In this document: one piece after another, positions 9,319-16,873 of the stretch
Numbering within the stretch: position 1 is the stretch's first letter
How the letters are laid out: every line of letters begins with the position of its first letter
DNA from: Coriobacteriaceae bacterium
GTDB taxonomy: Bacteria > Actinomycetota > Coriobacteriia > Coriobacteriales > QAMH01
Direction: 5' to 3'
Length of the DNA stretch: 63,494 nt
NCBI GenBank assembly: GCA_021203765.1
Contig: JAJQAN010000022.1
Location: forward strand, 1-63,494
Made by a program: the position numbers and the translations under genes
The notes under the pieces: model-generated
Seen by the model: only the letters and a program-made list of their open reading frames with translations
Database searches by the model: none
Told to the model about the DNA's origin: nothing

Positions 9319-9347
9319 ATGTTAGCACTCGCTAACTTATTTTGCAA
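9319..9347 (-). promoter_or_regulatory. Candidate promoter TTGCAA-N17-TAACAT with an embedded palindrome GTTAGC-ACTC-GCTAAC (9321-9336), a putative DtxR-family operator
   Basis: Read on the minus strand: TTGCAAAATAAGTTAGCGAGTGCTAACAT. The 6+4+6 palindrome spans the spacer and the -10 hexamer, about 45 nt upstream of the Cys-rich protein gene. Confidence 0.45.
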
Positions 9348-9374
9348 GGCAAGGCGAAGCTGTCACGGAGCCGT

Positions 9375-10670
9375 TTACTGCTCTGCGACGTTGACGGTGG
9401 CGTGATCGAGCACCCATCTGTTGGCGCAGGCGCGCTGGGCTCCTTCGCGCAGGACGAAGTTGCGGCCGTTTTCCTCCAGCTGCTTGCGTGTCTGGGTCGG
9501 GTCCGTGCCCGGATTCATGGAGGAGCAGGCGGTCAGGATGTCCTCGTCGCTGACCGTCAGGTTCTCGTGACGGAAGACCGCGTCGAGCGCATACCCTTGG
9601 ACGAGGCCCTGGCGGATCTGCATCATGAGCATCATGCCGAACTGCTCTTCACCGCCCTGCTGCTCGATGAACTCGTTGTAGTCGATGCCCTGTACCTGCA
9701 TCTGCTGTTGCATGTCGGCCAGGTAGTTCTTGCGCATCTCCTCGTAGACGACATCGTCGATGTGGCCCTCGAAGCGGTCGACCAGCGCCCCAGCGGCTGC
9801 GGCGAGCTTGTAGTCCTCGTATTCCTGCCTGCCCTTTTCCTCCATTTGGTCGGCGATGGTTTTGCGCATGGATGCGGCGTCGCCGTAAAACGGCATGTTT
9901 TCGGCGATCCATTCGTCGTCGATCGTGGGCAGGACCTTTTCCTGCAGTTCGAGGATGGTGACGGTGCAGTCCACGTCCTGTTCGACTTCCTCGCCGCTGT
10001 CGTCGTAGCTCGGAGCCTGGAAGGTGAAGGTCTTCGTGTCACCGGGCTCGGCGCCGATGATGCCCTTATCGAAGCTTTCGGGCATGTAGCCCTCGCCGAC
10101 GACGTAGACACGGCTCTTCGCACAGAGTGAATCGATGCGTTCGCCGTTCGTGCTGCACTCCATCTCGATCTTGCAGGTGTCCCCGTCTGCGATGGGGTGG
10201 GAGTCTGCGGGAACGTAGCGGGCGTAGTTTTCCGCGATCTGCTCGATCTGCTGGTCGATGGCCGCCTCATCGATTTCGAACGGGGGAATCGTGATGGTCA
10301 CTGGATCGTACGAGCTGAGCTCATATTCAGGCTTCGGGGTGACGTTGACCTCGAAGATGAATTCCTTGCCCTGCTCGAACGGTGTTTTGACGTGCGGCGT
10401 GGGAGCGAATGCCGGGGTGATGTCCTGGTCGTCGAGGGCGAACGGAACGAGCCAGTCGATGGCCTGCTGGTTCGCACGGGATTCGAAATCATCGACTCCG
10501 AACCGTTCGTTGGCCAGTTCCGGGATCGTTTTGCCCTCTTCGGGTTGCAGACCCGTCTGCCTGGCGAAATCCTCATAGCAGTGCTGCAAGGCCCGATCGA
10601 CTTCTTCGGGCGAAGCAACCGCCTTGAGCTTGACCGTCTTGTCGTTGATAGGTGTCTGGGTTACGTCCAT
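9375..10670 (-). CDS. tig: Trigger factor homolog, copy 1
   Basis: 431 aa with N-domain, FKBP-like middle (GEGYMPESFDKGIIGAEPGDTKTFTF) and C-terminal arm architecture. RBS AAAGGAG. Confidence 0.8.
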   Translation of the reverse strand: MDVTQTPINDKTVKLKAVASPEEVDRALQHCYEDFARQTGLQPEEGKTIPELANERFGVDDFESRANQQAIDWLVPFALDDQDITPAFAPTPHVKTPFEQGKEFIFEVNVTPKPEYELSSYDPVTITIPPFEIDEAAIDQQIEQIAENYARYVPADSHPIADGDTCKIEMECSTNGERIDSLCAKSRVYVVGEGYMPESFDKGIIGAEPGDTKTFTFQAPSYDDSGEEVEQDVDCTVTILELQEKVLPTIDDEWIAENMPFYGDAASMRKTIADQMEEKGRQEYEDYKLAAAAGALVDRFEGHIDDVVYEEMRKNYLADMQQQMQVQGIDYNEFIEQQGGEEQFGMMLMMQIRQGLVQGYALDAVFRHENLTVSDEDILTACSSMNPGTDPTQTRKQLEENGRNFVLREGAQRACANRWVLDHATVNVAEQ

Positions 10671-10881
10671 GGATGTGCTCCTTTATCCATCTCTTGACAG
10701 TGCTGCCTGAACCTTCGACCCGTTTAGCACGAGTTTTGTGCTTTGACAGTATAGCCCTTGCCGTAGTGAGGAGACTGCCGCGATTTTGGATTGCATGAGG
10801 TCGTCAGTGAGGTGTTGCCTGCAGGTAAACCGCCATCATGGGCATGTCAGCGGGTCTGGCTTATGCGAGTTCGGGGGGGGG

Positions 10882-12174
10882 TTACTCTGCGATGTTTACG
10901 ATGGCGTGCTCGAGCACCCATTTGTTGGCGCAAGCACGTTCAGCGGCTTCGTGCAGGGCGAAGCCGCAGCCGTTCTCTTCCATCTGTTGACGAGTCTGCT
11001 CTGGATTCATACGCGGATTCATGGAATAGCATGCTTCGAGGATGTCTTCGTCTGAAGCCTCTAAGCCTTCGTGACGATAGACCGCATCCAAGGAGTAACC
11101 TTGGACAAGCATCTCACGAATCTGCATCATGACCATCATGCCGAACTGCTCTTCGCCACCCTGCTGCTGGACAAACTCCTTGAAATCCGTTCCCTCAGCC
11201 TGCAGCTGTTGCTGTAGATCTTTGATATAGCCTTTGCGCATTTCCTCATAGATCACATCGTCGATCCGTCCGTCGAAGCGGGTCGCAAGTGCCTTGGCCG
11301 CCAAAGAAAGCTTGTGGCTTTCATATTCCTGCTTGGATTCCGCCCCTGCCTGTTCCGCGAGGCTTTTACGCAGGGATTCATAGTCGCAGTAGTAGGGCAT
11401 GTTTTGAGCGACCCACGCATCGTCGATGGTAGGCACCGTCTTCTCCTGCAGCTCGTGGATGGTGACCGTGCAGTCGATATCGCGTTCGATTTCGTTGCCG
11501 GCGATATCGACACCGGGTGCCTGAAATGTAAAGGTCCTCGTGTCACCCGGCTCGGCTCCGAGAATGCCCGCATCGAAACTTTCGGGCATGTGGCCCTTAC
11601 CAACGGCATAGGTGCGGCTTTTCGTGCAGAGCGAATTCACCCGCTCGCCGTCTTCGCTGCATTCCATCTCCAGCTCACACGTATCGCCCTTGGCGATGGG
11701 ATGAGGGTCGACGGCGGCGTAGCTGGCATAGTTTTCTGCAATCTGCTCGATTTGCTCGTCAACGACTTCTTCATCGACGGTGAATGGTTGGACGGTGATT
11801 GTAACCGGATCGTAGGAGGTCAATTCGCATTCGGGCTTGAGCACCACGTTCAGCTCGAAGATGAATTCTGAGCCCTGTTCAAACGGGCTTTTGATCTGTG
11901 GCTTGGGCGCAAAGGCCGGAACGATACCCTGATCATCGATGGCGAAGGGCACCAGCCATTCGATGGCCTGTTGGGTTGCGAGTGCATCGAAGTCGCTGAT
12001 TCCAAGCTTTTCTTCTGCGAGCTGTGCAAGCGTTTTTCCAGCCTCGGGACGTAGTCCGGTCTGCTGTGAGAATTCCGCATACGTCTGCTGAAGAGCTTGG
12101 TTGACTTCAGTGGGTGTCGCTACCGCCTGCAATTTGACCGTGGTCTCGTTGACACGCTTCTGGGTGACTTTCAT
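10882..12174 (-). CDS. Trigger factor homolog, copy 2 (tandem paralog)
   Basis: 430 aa from the ATG at 12174 (MKVTQKRVNETTVKLQAV...). It is colinear with copy 1 along its whole length. I hand-counted 35/60 identities over the first 60 residues. Confidence 0.78.
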   Translation of the reverse strand: MKVTQKRVNETTVKLQAVATPTEVNQALQQTYAEFSQQTGLRPEAGKTLAQLAEEKLGISDFDALATQQAIEWLVPFAIDDQGIVPAFAPKPQIKSPFEQGSEFIFELNVVLKPECELTSYDPVTITVQPFTVDEEVVDEQIEQIAENYASYAAVDPHPIAKGDTCELEMECSEDGERVNSLCTKSRTYAVGKGHMPESFDAGILGAEPGDTRTFTFQAPGVDIAGNEIERDIDCTVTIHELQEKTVPTIDDAWVAQNMPYYCDYESLRKSLAEQAGAESKQEYESHKLSLAAKALATRFDGRIDDVIYEEMRKGYIKDLQQQLQAEGTDFKEFVQQQGGEEQFGMMVMMQIREMLVQGYSLDAVYRHEGLEASDEDILEACYSMNPRMNPEQTRQQMEENGCGFALHEAAERACANKWVLEHAIVNIAE

Positions 12175-12212
12175 GCGATAACACACCCTTTCAAATCGGT
12201 GCGGATTGGAAG

Positions 12213-12251
12213 CCGTACGTCACGTGGAACTAAAAATCACGTGACGTACGG
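12213..12251 (-). terminator. Perfect 14-bp inverted repeat (CCGTACGTCACGTG-N11-CACGTGACGTACGG) immediately after the lipoprotein gene stop
   Basis: Seen directly. It sits between the lipoprotein gene end (12269) and the tig copy-2 start (12174). There is no strong U-tract. Confidence 0.5.
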
Positions 12252-12268
12252 ATTTCCGCTGCTGGTTC

Positions 12269-12871
12269 CTAGAACTGAGAGGCGAAAGTCTCCCATTCCT
12301 CGTCGGTGTAACTTTTGATGACGTCATAGTTTTCGGTTATTTCGGACTGCGCGACATCAACATTGGGATTAGTGCCCACGGAATTCGTTTCGGCGGCACC
12401 CTCGTAGTTGAAGGCATCCTTTACCAGCGTCTGGGCATCATAGGCCAAGTCGCAGATGTGTACTCCGACGCTATCGTTTTGGTCGACAGAACCGATCGCA
12501 TCGAGCGTCAGTGCGTTTTTGTAGATGGTACGTGCCGCTTCGTTGGCACTGTCATCCATGCCGTCGTTCACGCCCGTTTCGAGTGCGGGGACGTTCTTTT
12601 CGATTTCATCGATCAAGTCGGTGACGGTCTGACGGACATCTGAACTGGAGACCGCATCAGCGGCCGACTGTGCCTCGCCCTCCAGATCGGCGAAGCTTGC
12701 TTCCACATCAGACCAGCCGGTGGCATGTGCAAGACCAGGAACGTTTGCCTCGCTTGTGATCTCATCGGCCTTCAATGTCCCTGTTGCAGAATCACTGCCG
12801 CATCCTGTCAGTCCTGCCATAAGGGCACCTGACATAACAATCGCCGTACCAACAACTGCCAGTTTCTTCAT
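12269..12871 (-). CDS. Putative lipoprotein, acidic, unknown function
   Basis: MKKLAVVGTAIVMSGALMAGLTGCGSDS carries a signal peptide with the lipobox LTGC. RBS AAGGAGGGG precedes the ATG at 12871. Confidence 0.75.
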   Translation of the reverse strand: MKKLAVVGTAIVMSGALMAGLTGCGSDSATGTLKADEITSEANVPGLAHATGWSDVEASFADLEGEAQSAADAVSSSDVRQTVTDLIDEIEKNVPALETGVNDGMDDSANEAARTIYKNALTLDAIGSVDQNDSVGVHICDLAYDAQTLVKDAFNYEGAAETNSVGTNPNVDVAQSEITENYDVIKSYTDEEWETFASQF

Positions 12872-12969
12872 TCCTGTCTTCCCCTCCTTGTTTGTAACGG
12901 ACTGCTTCATTGCCTCATTCCTTTCTCTCGCGCTTTTCTCTGCTCTTCATTTGCATGAGGTGGAATCAT

Positions 12970-14154
12970 CTAATGGTCATAAACCTCCTCTACACCGGTA
13001 AGTGAGCGCACCCGCTCATGAATGGACTTGAGTTGACCAGGCTGGTAGGTCAGTTGGCTCATCTCGTAACGGTCGAAGCCGCCGAGGACGATATCTGCGG
13101 CGCTGACCTCCTTCGAGACGGTCAAAGCGCCTTCATTGCAGATCTCCGTGCAGCAGCGACACTGCACACAGTCTTGCGGGTGATGTTCGATGCCGCACGT
13201 TCCGTCTTCCTCGTCGAATTTGGTGATTGCTCCTGTCGGACAGAACGTGGCGCACATCCGGCATGAGTTGCAGGCATCTGTGTCGATAACGACATGTCCC
13301 CAAAGACGGGTTTCGAGAAACTCTTCGGAAGGGGTTCCGAGCGATTGCAGCGCTTCGATGATGTGCCGGCGACGGGAGGGGATGAAATGCGGCATCGTTC
13401 CATCCTCCATGACCGGGACGTAATGTACCTGTTCGGGTTGTGGTAAGTCGAGCGTTTTTTCCAATGTGTATCCGACGGTCGTGTTGGTGGCATCCTTGAC
13501 GTTCTTGCCGACGTCGAGGAAGAAGTTTCTCTTGCCGACATCATGGTCCTGTCCGCCGGGCAGTTTGCAGAGGGTGGGGAATTTGGGCGTGATGCTTATA
13601 CGGGCGTCATTGTTCCATGCGCGCAGCAGGGTTGTTGCGGTGTCGCAGACCGACTGCGCGACCTTCCTACCATTGTTGAACTGGCAGCCTTCACACGCAT
13701 CGCTGACAAGCACGATACGTTTCGCTCCTAAGCTTGCGAGCATGATCAGCAAGCTCTCCTCGACGCGGCCGAGACAGCGGACGGAAACGATCTTATCGAC
13801 GTCCGCCCGTCCTTCTACCCGGTCGAGTGCATGTTTGCAGGCTATGGTCACCGTGCCTTCTGTAGCCCGCATGACTTCGACGCTGCGCGTGAATAGAGCG
13901 GCGTCGGAGGGATTGTGTGTTTCGAGCGCGCAGGTTGGGCAGACGGTTGCGCATGTTCCGCATCCGATGCAGCGCTCAGGAGATATAACCAGTTCGTTGT
14001 CCTGCATGGAAATACAGCCGGAGGTACAGGCCTCCGCGCATCGGGTACATCCTGCATTCCGATTGCGGACGTTTGCACAGCGATGCTGATAAACGGAAAC
14101 ATATCTGCTTTGCAGCCTGTCGAGTAGCCCGCCGATATTGTCTATGCTAAACAT
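12970..14154 (-). CDS. Cytoplasmic poly-ferredoxin protein: N- and C-terminal 2x[4Fe-4S] domains flanking a Cys-containing middle domain
   Basis: Start at MFSIDNIGG (ATG 14154, RBS GAAGGAG, 4 nt after the upstream stop). Cluster motifs are CTRCAEAC, CIGCGTCATVCP, CNSCRMCATFCP and CVQCRCCTEIC. The middle segment VRCLGRVEESLLIMLASLGAKRIVLVSDACEGCQ resembles MvhD/FlpD-type domains by eye. Confidence 0.8.
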   Translation of the reverse strand: MFSIDNIGGLLDRLQSRYVSVYQHRCANVRNRNAGCTRCAEACTSGCISMQDNELVISPERCIGCGTCATVCPTCALETHNPSDAALFTRSVEVMRATEGTVTIACKHALDRVEGRADVDKIVSVRCLGRVEESLLIMLASLGAKRIVLVSDACEGCQFNNGRKVAQSVCDTATTLLRAWNNDARISITPKFPTLCKLPGGQDHDVGKRNFFLDVGKNVKDATNTTVGYTLEKTLDLPQPEQVHYVPVMEDGTMPHFIPSRRRHIIEALQSLGTPSEEFLETRLWGHVVIDTDACNSCRMCATFCPTGAITKFDEEDGTCGIEHHPQDCVQCRCCTEICNEGALTVSKEVSAADIVLGGFDRYEMSQLTYQPGQLKSIHERVRSLTGVEEVYDH

Positions 14155-14158
14155 ATGC

Positions 14159-15460
14159 TCAACACGCTCCTTCGGCCACCAGGTCTGCTTCAGCTTCGAA
14201 CTCGTTTTCTGTCTGCTCTTCACTCGACGCCTCTGCGGCGGCTTCTTCGACCTCGGCGTCTCCTGTCTGTTCCTCTTCGCCATTCGGGACCGATTCGGGT
14301 TTGTCACAGAACTCCCGTGTGCCCATATCGATATAACGAACGCTTCCATCGTTGAAGATGACGCCCCATACCTCGGCATTTTCAGGCTCGGTCTCTTCGT
14401 TTTCCACATCGTCCTGCGTTTGCTCAGCCTGCTCGAACTCAAACGTCAGCGATTGGGCGGCATCGTTGCTCTCGTCAGCGAGATGCAACGCCTCGACACC
14501 CTGCGTCCGGGACGGCGGCTCCTTTTCGTCTTCTTTATCGGCTTCATCAAGGTCTTCGGAATCGCCGATGTCGCTGCTTTCCGCATTGTCTGCGCTATCG
14601 TCGGTATCGACGGAATCCTCCTCGCTTTCTCCGGTCTCGGTCGGCGCCTCTGCGGCCTCCTTCAACGCCTCGAGTTCTTCGGTCAGCACATCGAAATCGA
14701 TAAAGGGCGCATCGACGCGGGCAACATCGTCGATGTCGAGGAGATCGCTGTTCAACAACTCATAGAAGGTATCGAGAGCTTCTTCCACATCGCCGAATCT
14801 GTTCGTGTCGGTGTTGGCAACGGTCAAAACACAGGTGTCGAAACGCAACTCCAAGCGCTCGAACTGCAAGGCCTGCTTTACCTCGGAGGAGAGGTTGTTC
14901 GGTGCCTCCAGTCTCAGCAGATCGTTCTGAAGATCTTGGACCCGCGTCTTTGTCTGAGGGCGGATTACCTTCTTCCAATTCTGGCGGGCGACCGGATCGT
15001 CCTGTTCCCAGATCGGTCGGCGCAGGATGCTTACGCGCAGTGCCAGGGTCGGCAGAGCCTGAGGCAGTGACCGTATCGCCTCATACATGCTTGCCTCACG
15101 CGTTTTGGGGATGGTGGTGTTGGCCGCTTCCTTGGGACGTTCGAACAGAGGCTCACTCAAAATGCGAGGCAGTTTTCCATGTTCGGTGTCGATGTTTGTG
15201 CGTTCGGTGTTCGGAATGCCGAAGGTCTTGCGCATGGCGAAGGTCTCATCGTGCGTTCGTATCGCTTGTGCGGTGATGAGTTTGCCGAGAGCATTGGTCG
15301 GTTCTTCCGGTTCGACGCTCTCACTCGGCAGTCCATAGTTTTTGATGATGGCATGGCGCGTCGGCGCGCACTTGAACACTCGTGACAAAACCTGCGGCGT
15401 GATCAGATCATCATCAAGTTCTCCGGTTTCAACGATGATGCGAAAGGTCGTGCGTATCAT
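14159..15460 (-). CDS. Hypothetical protein with a strongly acidic C-terminal half
   Basis: The ORF is open to 15514. I prefer the ATG at 15460 (MIRTTFRIIVETG..., RBS GGGAGGA). No motif I recognise. The D/E-rich stretch includes ESEEDSVDTDDSADNAESSDIGDSEDLDEADKEDEKE. It is translationally coupled to the ferredoxin gene. Confidence 0.65.
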   Translation of the reverse strand: MIRTTFRIIVETGELDDDLITPQVLSRVFKCAPTRHAIIKNYGLPSESVEPEEPTNALGKLITAQAIRTHDETFAMRKTFGIPNTERTNIDTEHGKLPRILSEPLFERPKEAANTTIPKTREASMYEAIRSLPQALPTLALRVSILRRPIWEQDDPVARQNWKKVIRPQTKTRVQDLQNDLLRLEAPNNLSSEVKQALQFERLELRFDTCVLTVANTDTNRFGDVEEALDTFYELLNSDLLDIDDVARVDAPFIDFDVLTEELEALKEAAEAPTETGESEEDSVDTDDSADNAESSDIGDSEDLDEADKEDEKEPPSRTQGVEALHLADESNDAAQSLTFEFEQAEQTQDDVENEETEPENAEVWGVIFNDGSVRYIDMGTREFCDKPESVPNGEEEQTGDAEVEEAAAEASSEEQTENEFEAEADLVAEGAC

Positions 15461-15617
15461 CTCATCCTCCCTTTCCCGCATGGTTGTGTAAAAGTCGCTG
15501 CGGTCTGCTTGCATGTCCGAACCGTAACGTTGTCTCGATTCTAGAAAAGGGATTCGGCCGAGGACTAGGTTCGGCTCGCGTGATTTTTTGGAAATACCCC
15601 CTCTTTCGTCCTGCGTA

Positions 15618-15636
15618 ATAGTTCGCCACGAACTAT
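15618..15636. promoter_or_regulatory. Perfect palindrome ATAGTTCG-CCA-CGAACTAT in the divergent intergenic region
   Basis: Seen directly. It lies between the divergently transcribed hypothetical genes (starts at 15460 and 15763). Confidence 0.35.
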
Positions 15637-15762
15637 GTCAGCCCGATAAGAGTCCGTCTGTTTTGCTGAAAATGGCTGATGCGGAACGATTACAGCCAAA
15701 AACGCACTCCCTATCATTCCTCTTGTCCCCAACGTGAAGCGCAGCATTTGGAAAGGGGTTTG

Positions 15763-16746
15763 ATGATCGTGGACTACGAGAAGCAACAATCTCCGAATGG
15801 AATGGCGGGCAGTGGTGCACAGCCGGGCGCCGGTGCTTCGAAGCTACCGTTTTTGTCTCCGGAAGAAGGAGAACGTCAGTTACAGGCGCAGCGCGATGCC
15901 GAGCGTATGACCGACGAAGAATTCGATGCGCTTTGGAAGGAGCTGCGGCAGGATGCGCTCGAAGCCGAAGGACGAGATGATGTCTTGGCGACTTCGGCGG
16001 ATGATCGCTCTGCACTGGCAGAAGACGCACAAGACGACACCGTCGAAGACGCGCAGGAGGACGCTGAGGTCATAGAGGAAGAGGAGCCGGATGAGGAGCT
16101 GACCTTCGACGAGTCCGTCGATCGCCTGATGGACACCGTCAACAACACCCCGCGCTTCCGTGAGATCCTCCGTAAAACACTCGTGTTCTGCCAGACGCGC
16201 CGTATGTTGCGGGAAGTCGAAGACGAAATCCAAACCTATCCGGAATACGAGCAAGCAGCTGAAAATCCTTATCGCCTTATCCGTTACCTCATCGATGGCG
16301 ATGGCTTGTATCGCATCGAGTTGGACGAGGAAGGCGAAGAGGTGACCGCCGATCGTAAGGAAGGGTTGACCGAAGACGAGATAGACGACCTGATCTTTGA
16401 CTTCGCGCTCGAGACAACCCCGGTCGGAGCCGAGGTAGCCAATCGCCTCGCTCCCCATACACGTATCAGAGATCTTCTGAATCTGATGCCTGTCCGTTTT
16501 GACAGCTATGTCAATGTGCTCGAGTTCTGTCAAGAGCCGCGCACCATGAAAGAGATCGACGCGCTGTTTGAAGGCGTCGATATGAAAGCTCTCGGCATCG
16601 TCGGAGCGGACGACTCCATCGCCATACAGCCAAGTGTCTTCGTGGACAAGCTTGAGCGGGCCGGCGCCCTGGTCTGGAAAGGAAACTGGAACCTGACTGC
16701 TGAGGGCAAGGCTTTTTTGGAAACCGTTCAAAAGGCGCGTGCGTAG
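15763..16746 (+). CDS. Hypothetical protein: acidic N-terminal half and two repeated helix-rich modules
   Basis: ATG at 15763 (MIVDYEKQQ..., RBS GAAAGGGG). The internal repeat is VFCQTRRMLREVEDEI versus EFCQEPRTMKEIDALF. Each copy is followed by a winged-helix-like segment (...GDGLYRIELDEEG / ...RAGALVWKGNWNLTAEG). Confidence 0.65.
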   Translation: MIVDYEKQQSPNGMAGSGAQPGAGASKLPFLSPEEGERQLQAQRDAERMTDEEFDALWKELRQDALEAEGRDDVLATSADDRSALAEDAQDDTVEDAQEDAEVIEEEEPDEELTFDESVDRLMDTVNNTPRFREILRKTLVFCQTRRMLREVEDEIQTYPEYEQAAENPYRLIRYLIDGDGLYRIELDEEGEEVTADRKEGLTEDEIDDLIFDFALETTPVGAEVANRLAPHTRIRDLLNLMPVRFDSYVNVLEFCQEPRTMKEIDALFEGVDMKALGIVGADDSIAIQPSVFVDKLERAGALVWKGNWNLTAEGKAFLETVQKARA

Positions 16747-16873
16747 GTTTTATCTGCGGGGCGAACCCTGCATATAAGCGATAAGCGAGCGAGATCGTGT
16801 ACGAGAGATTTGGAGGAAGGGAGTTAACGGCAGCAATGAGTTCGATACAAGGACATGAGGAGGCAAGAACAGT

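Noticed and set aside
10715-10745. A CIRCE-like half-sequence (TTAGCAC-gagtttt-GTGCTTT) upstream of trigger factor copy 1.
   Set aside because: Only 5-bp arms pair and the spacing is 7 rather than the 9 nt between the 9-bp CIRCE arms. It is probably a chance small hairpin in the 5' UTR.
12970-14442. The N-terminal 96 codons of the track ORF for the poly-ferredoxin protein (MSSSRLSKRRTMWKTKRPS...).
   Set aside because: This extension overlaps the 3' end of the upstream gene in another frame and is Arg/Lys/Ser-rich. A good RBS (GAAGGAG) precedes the internal ATG at 14154, 4 nt after the upstream stop.
16774-16787. A tandem ATAAGCG-ATAAGCG repeat upstream of the molybdoenzyme catalytic gene.
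   Set aside because: It is only two 7-nt units with no dyad symmetry or second copy elsewhere in the locus. That is too little evidence to call a regulatory site.
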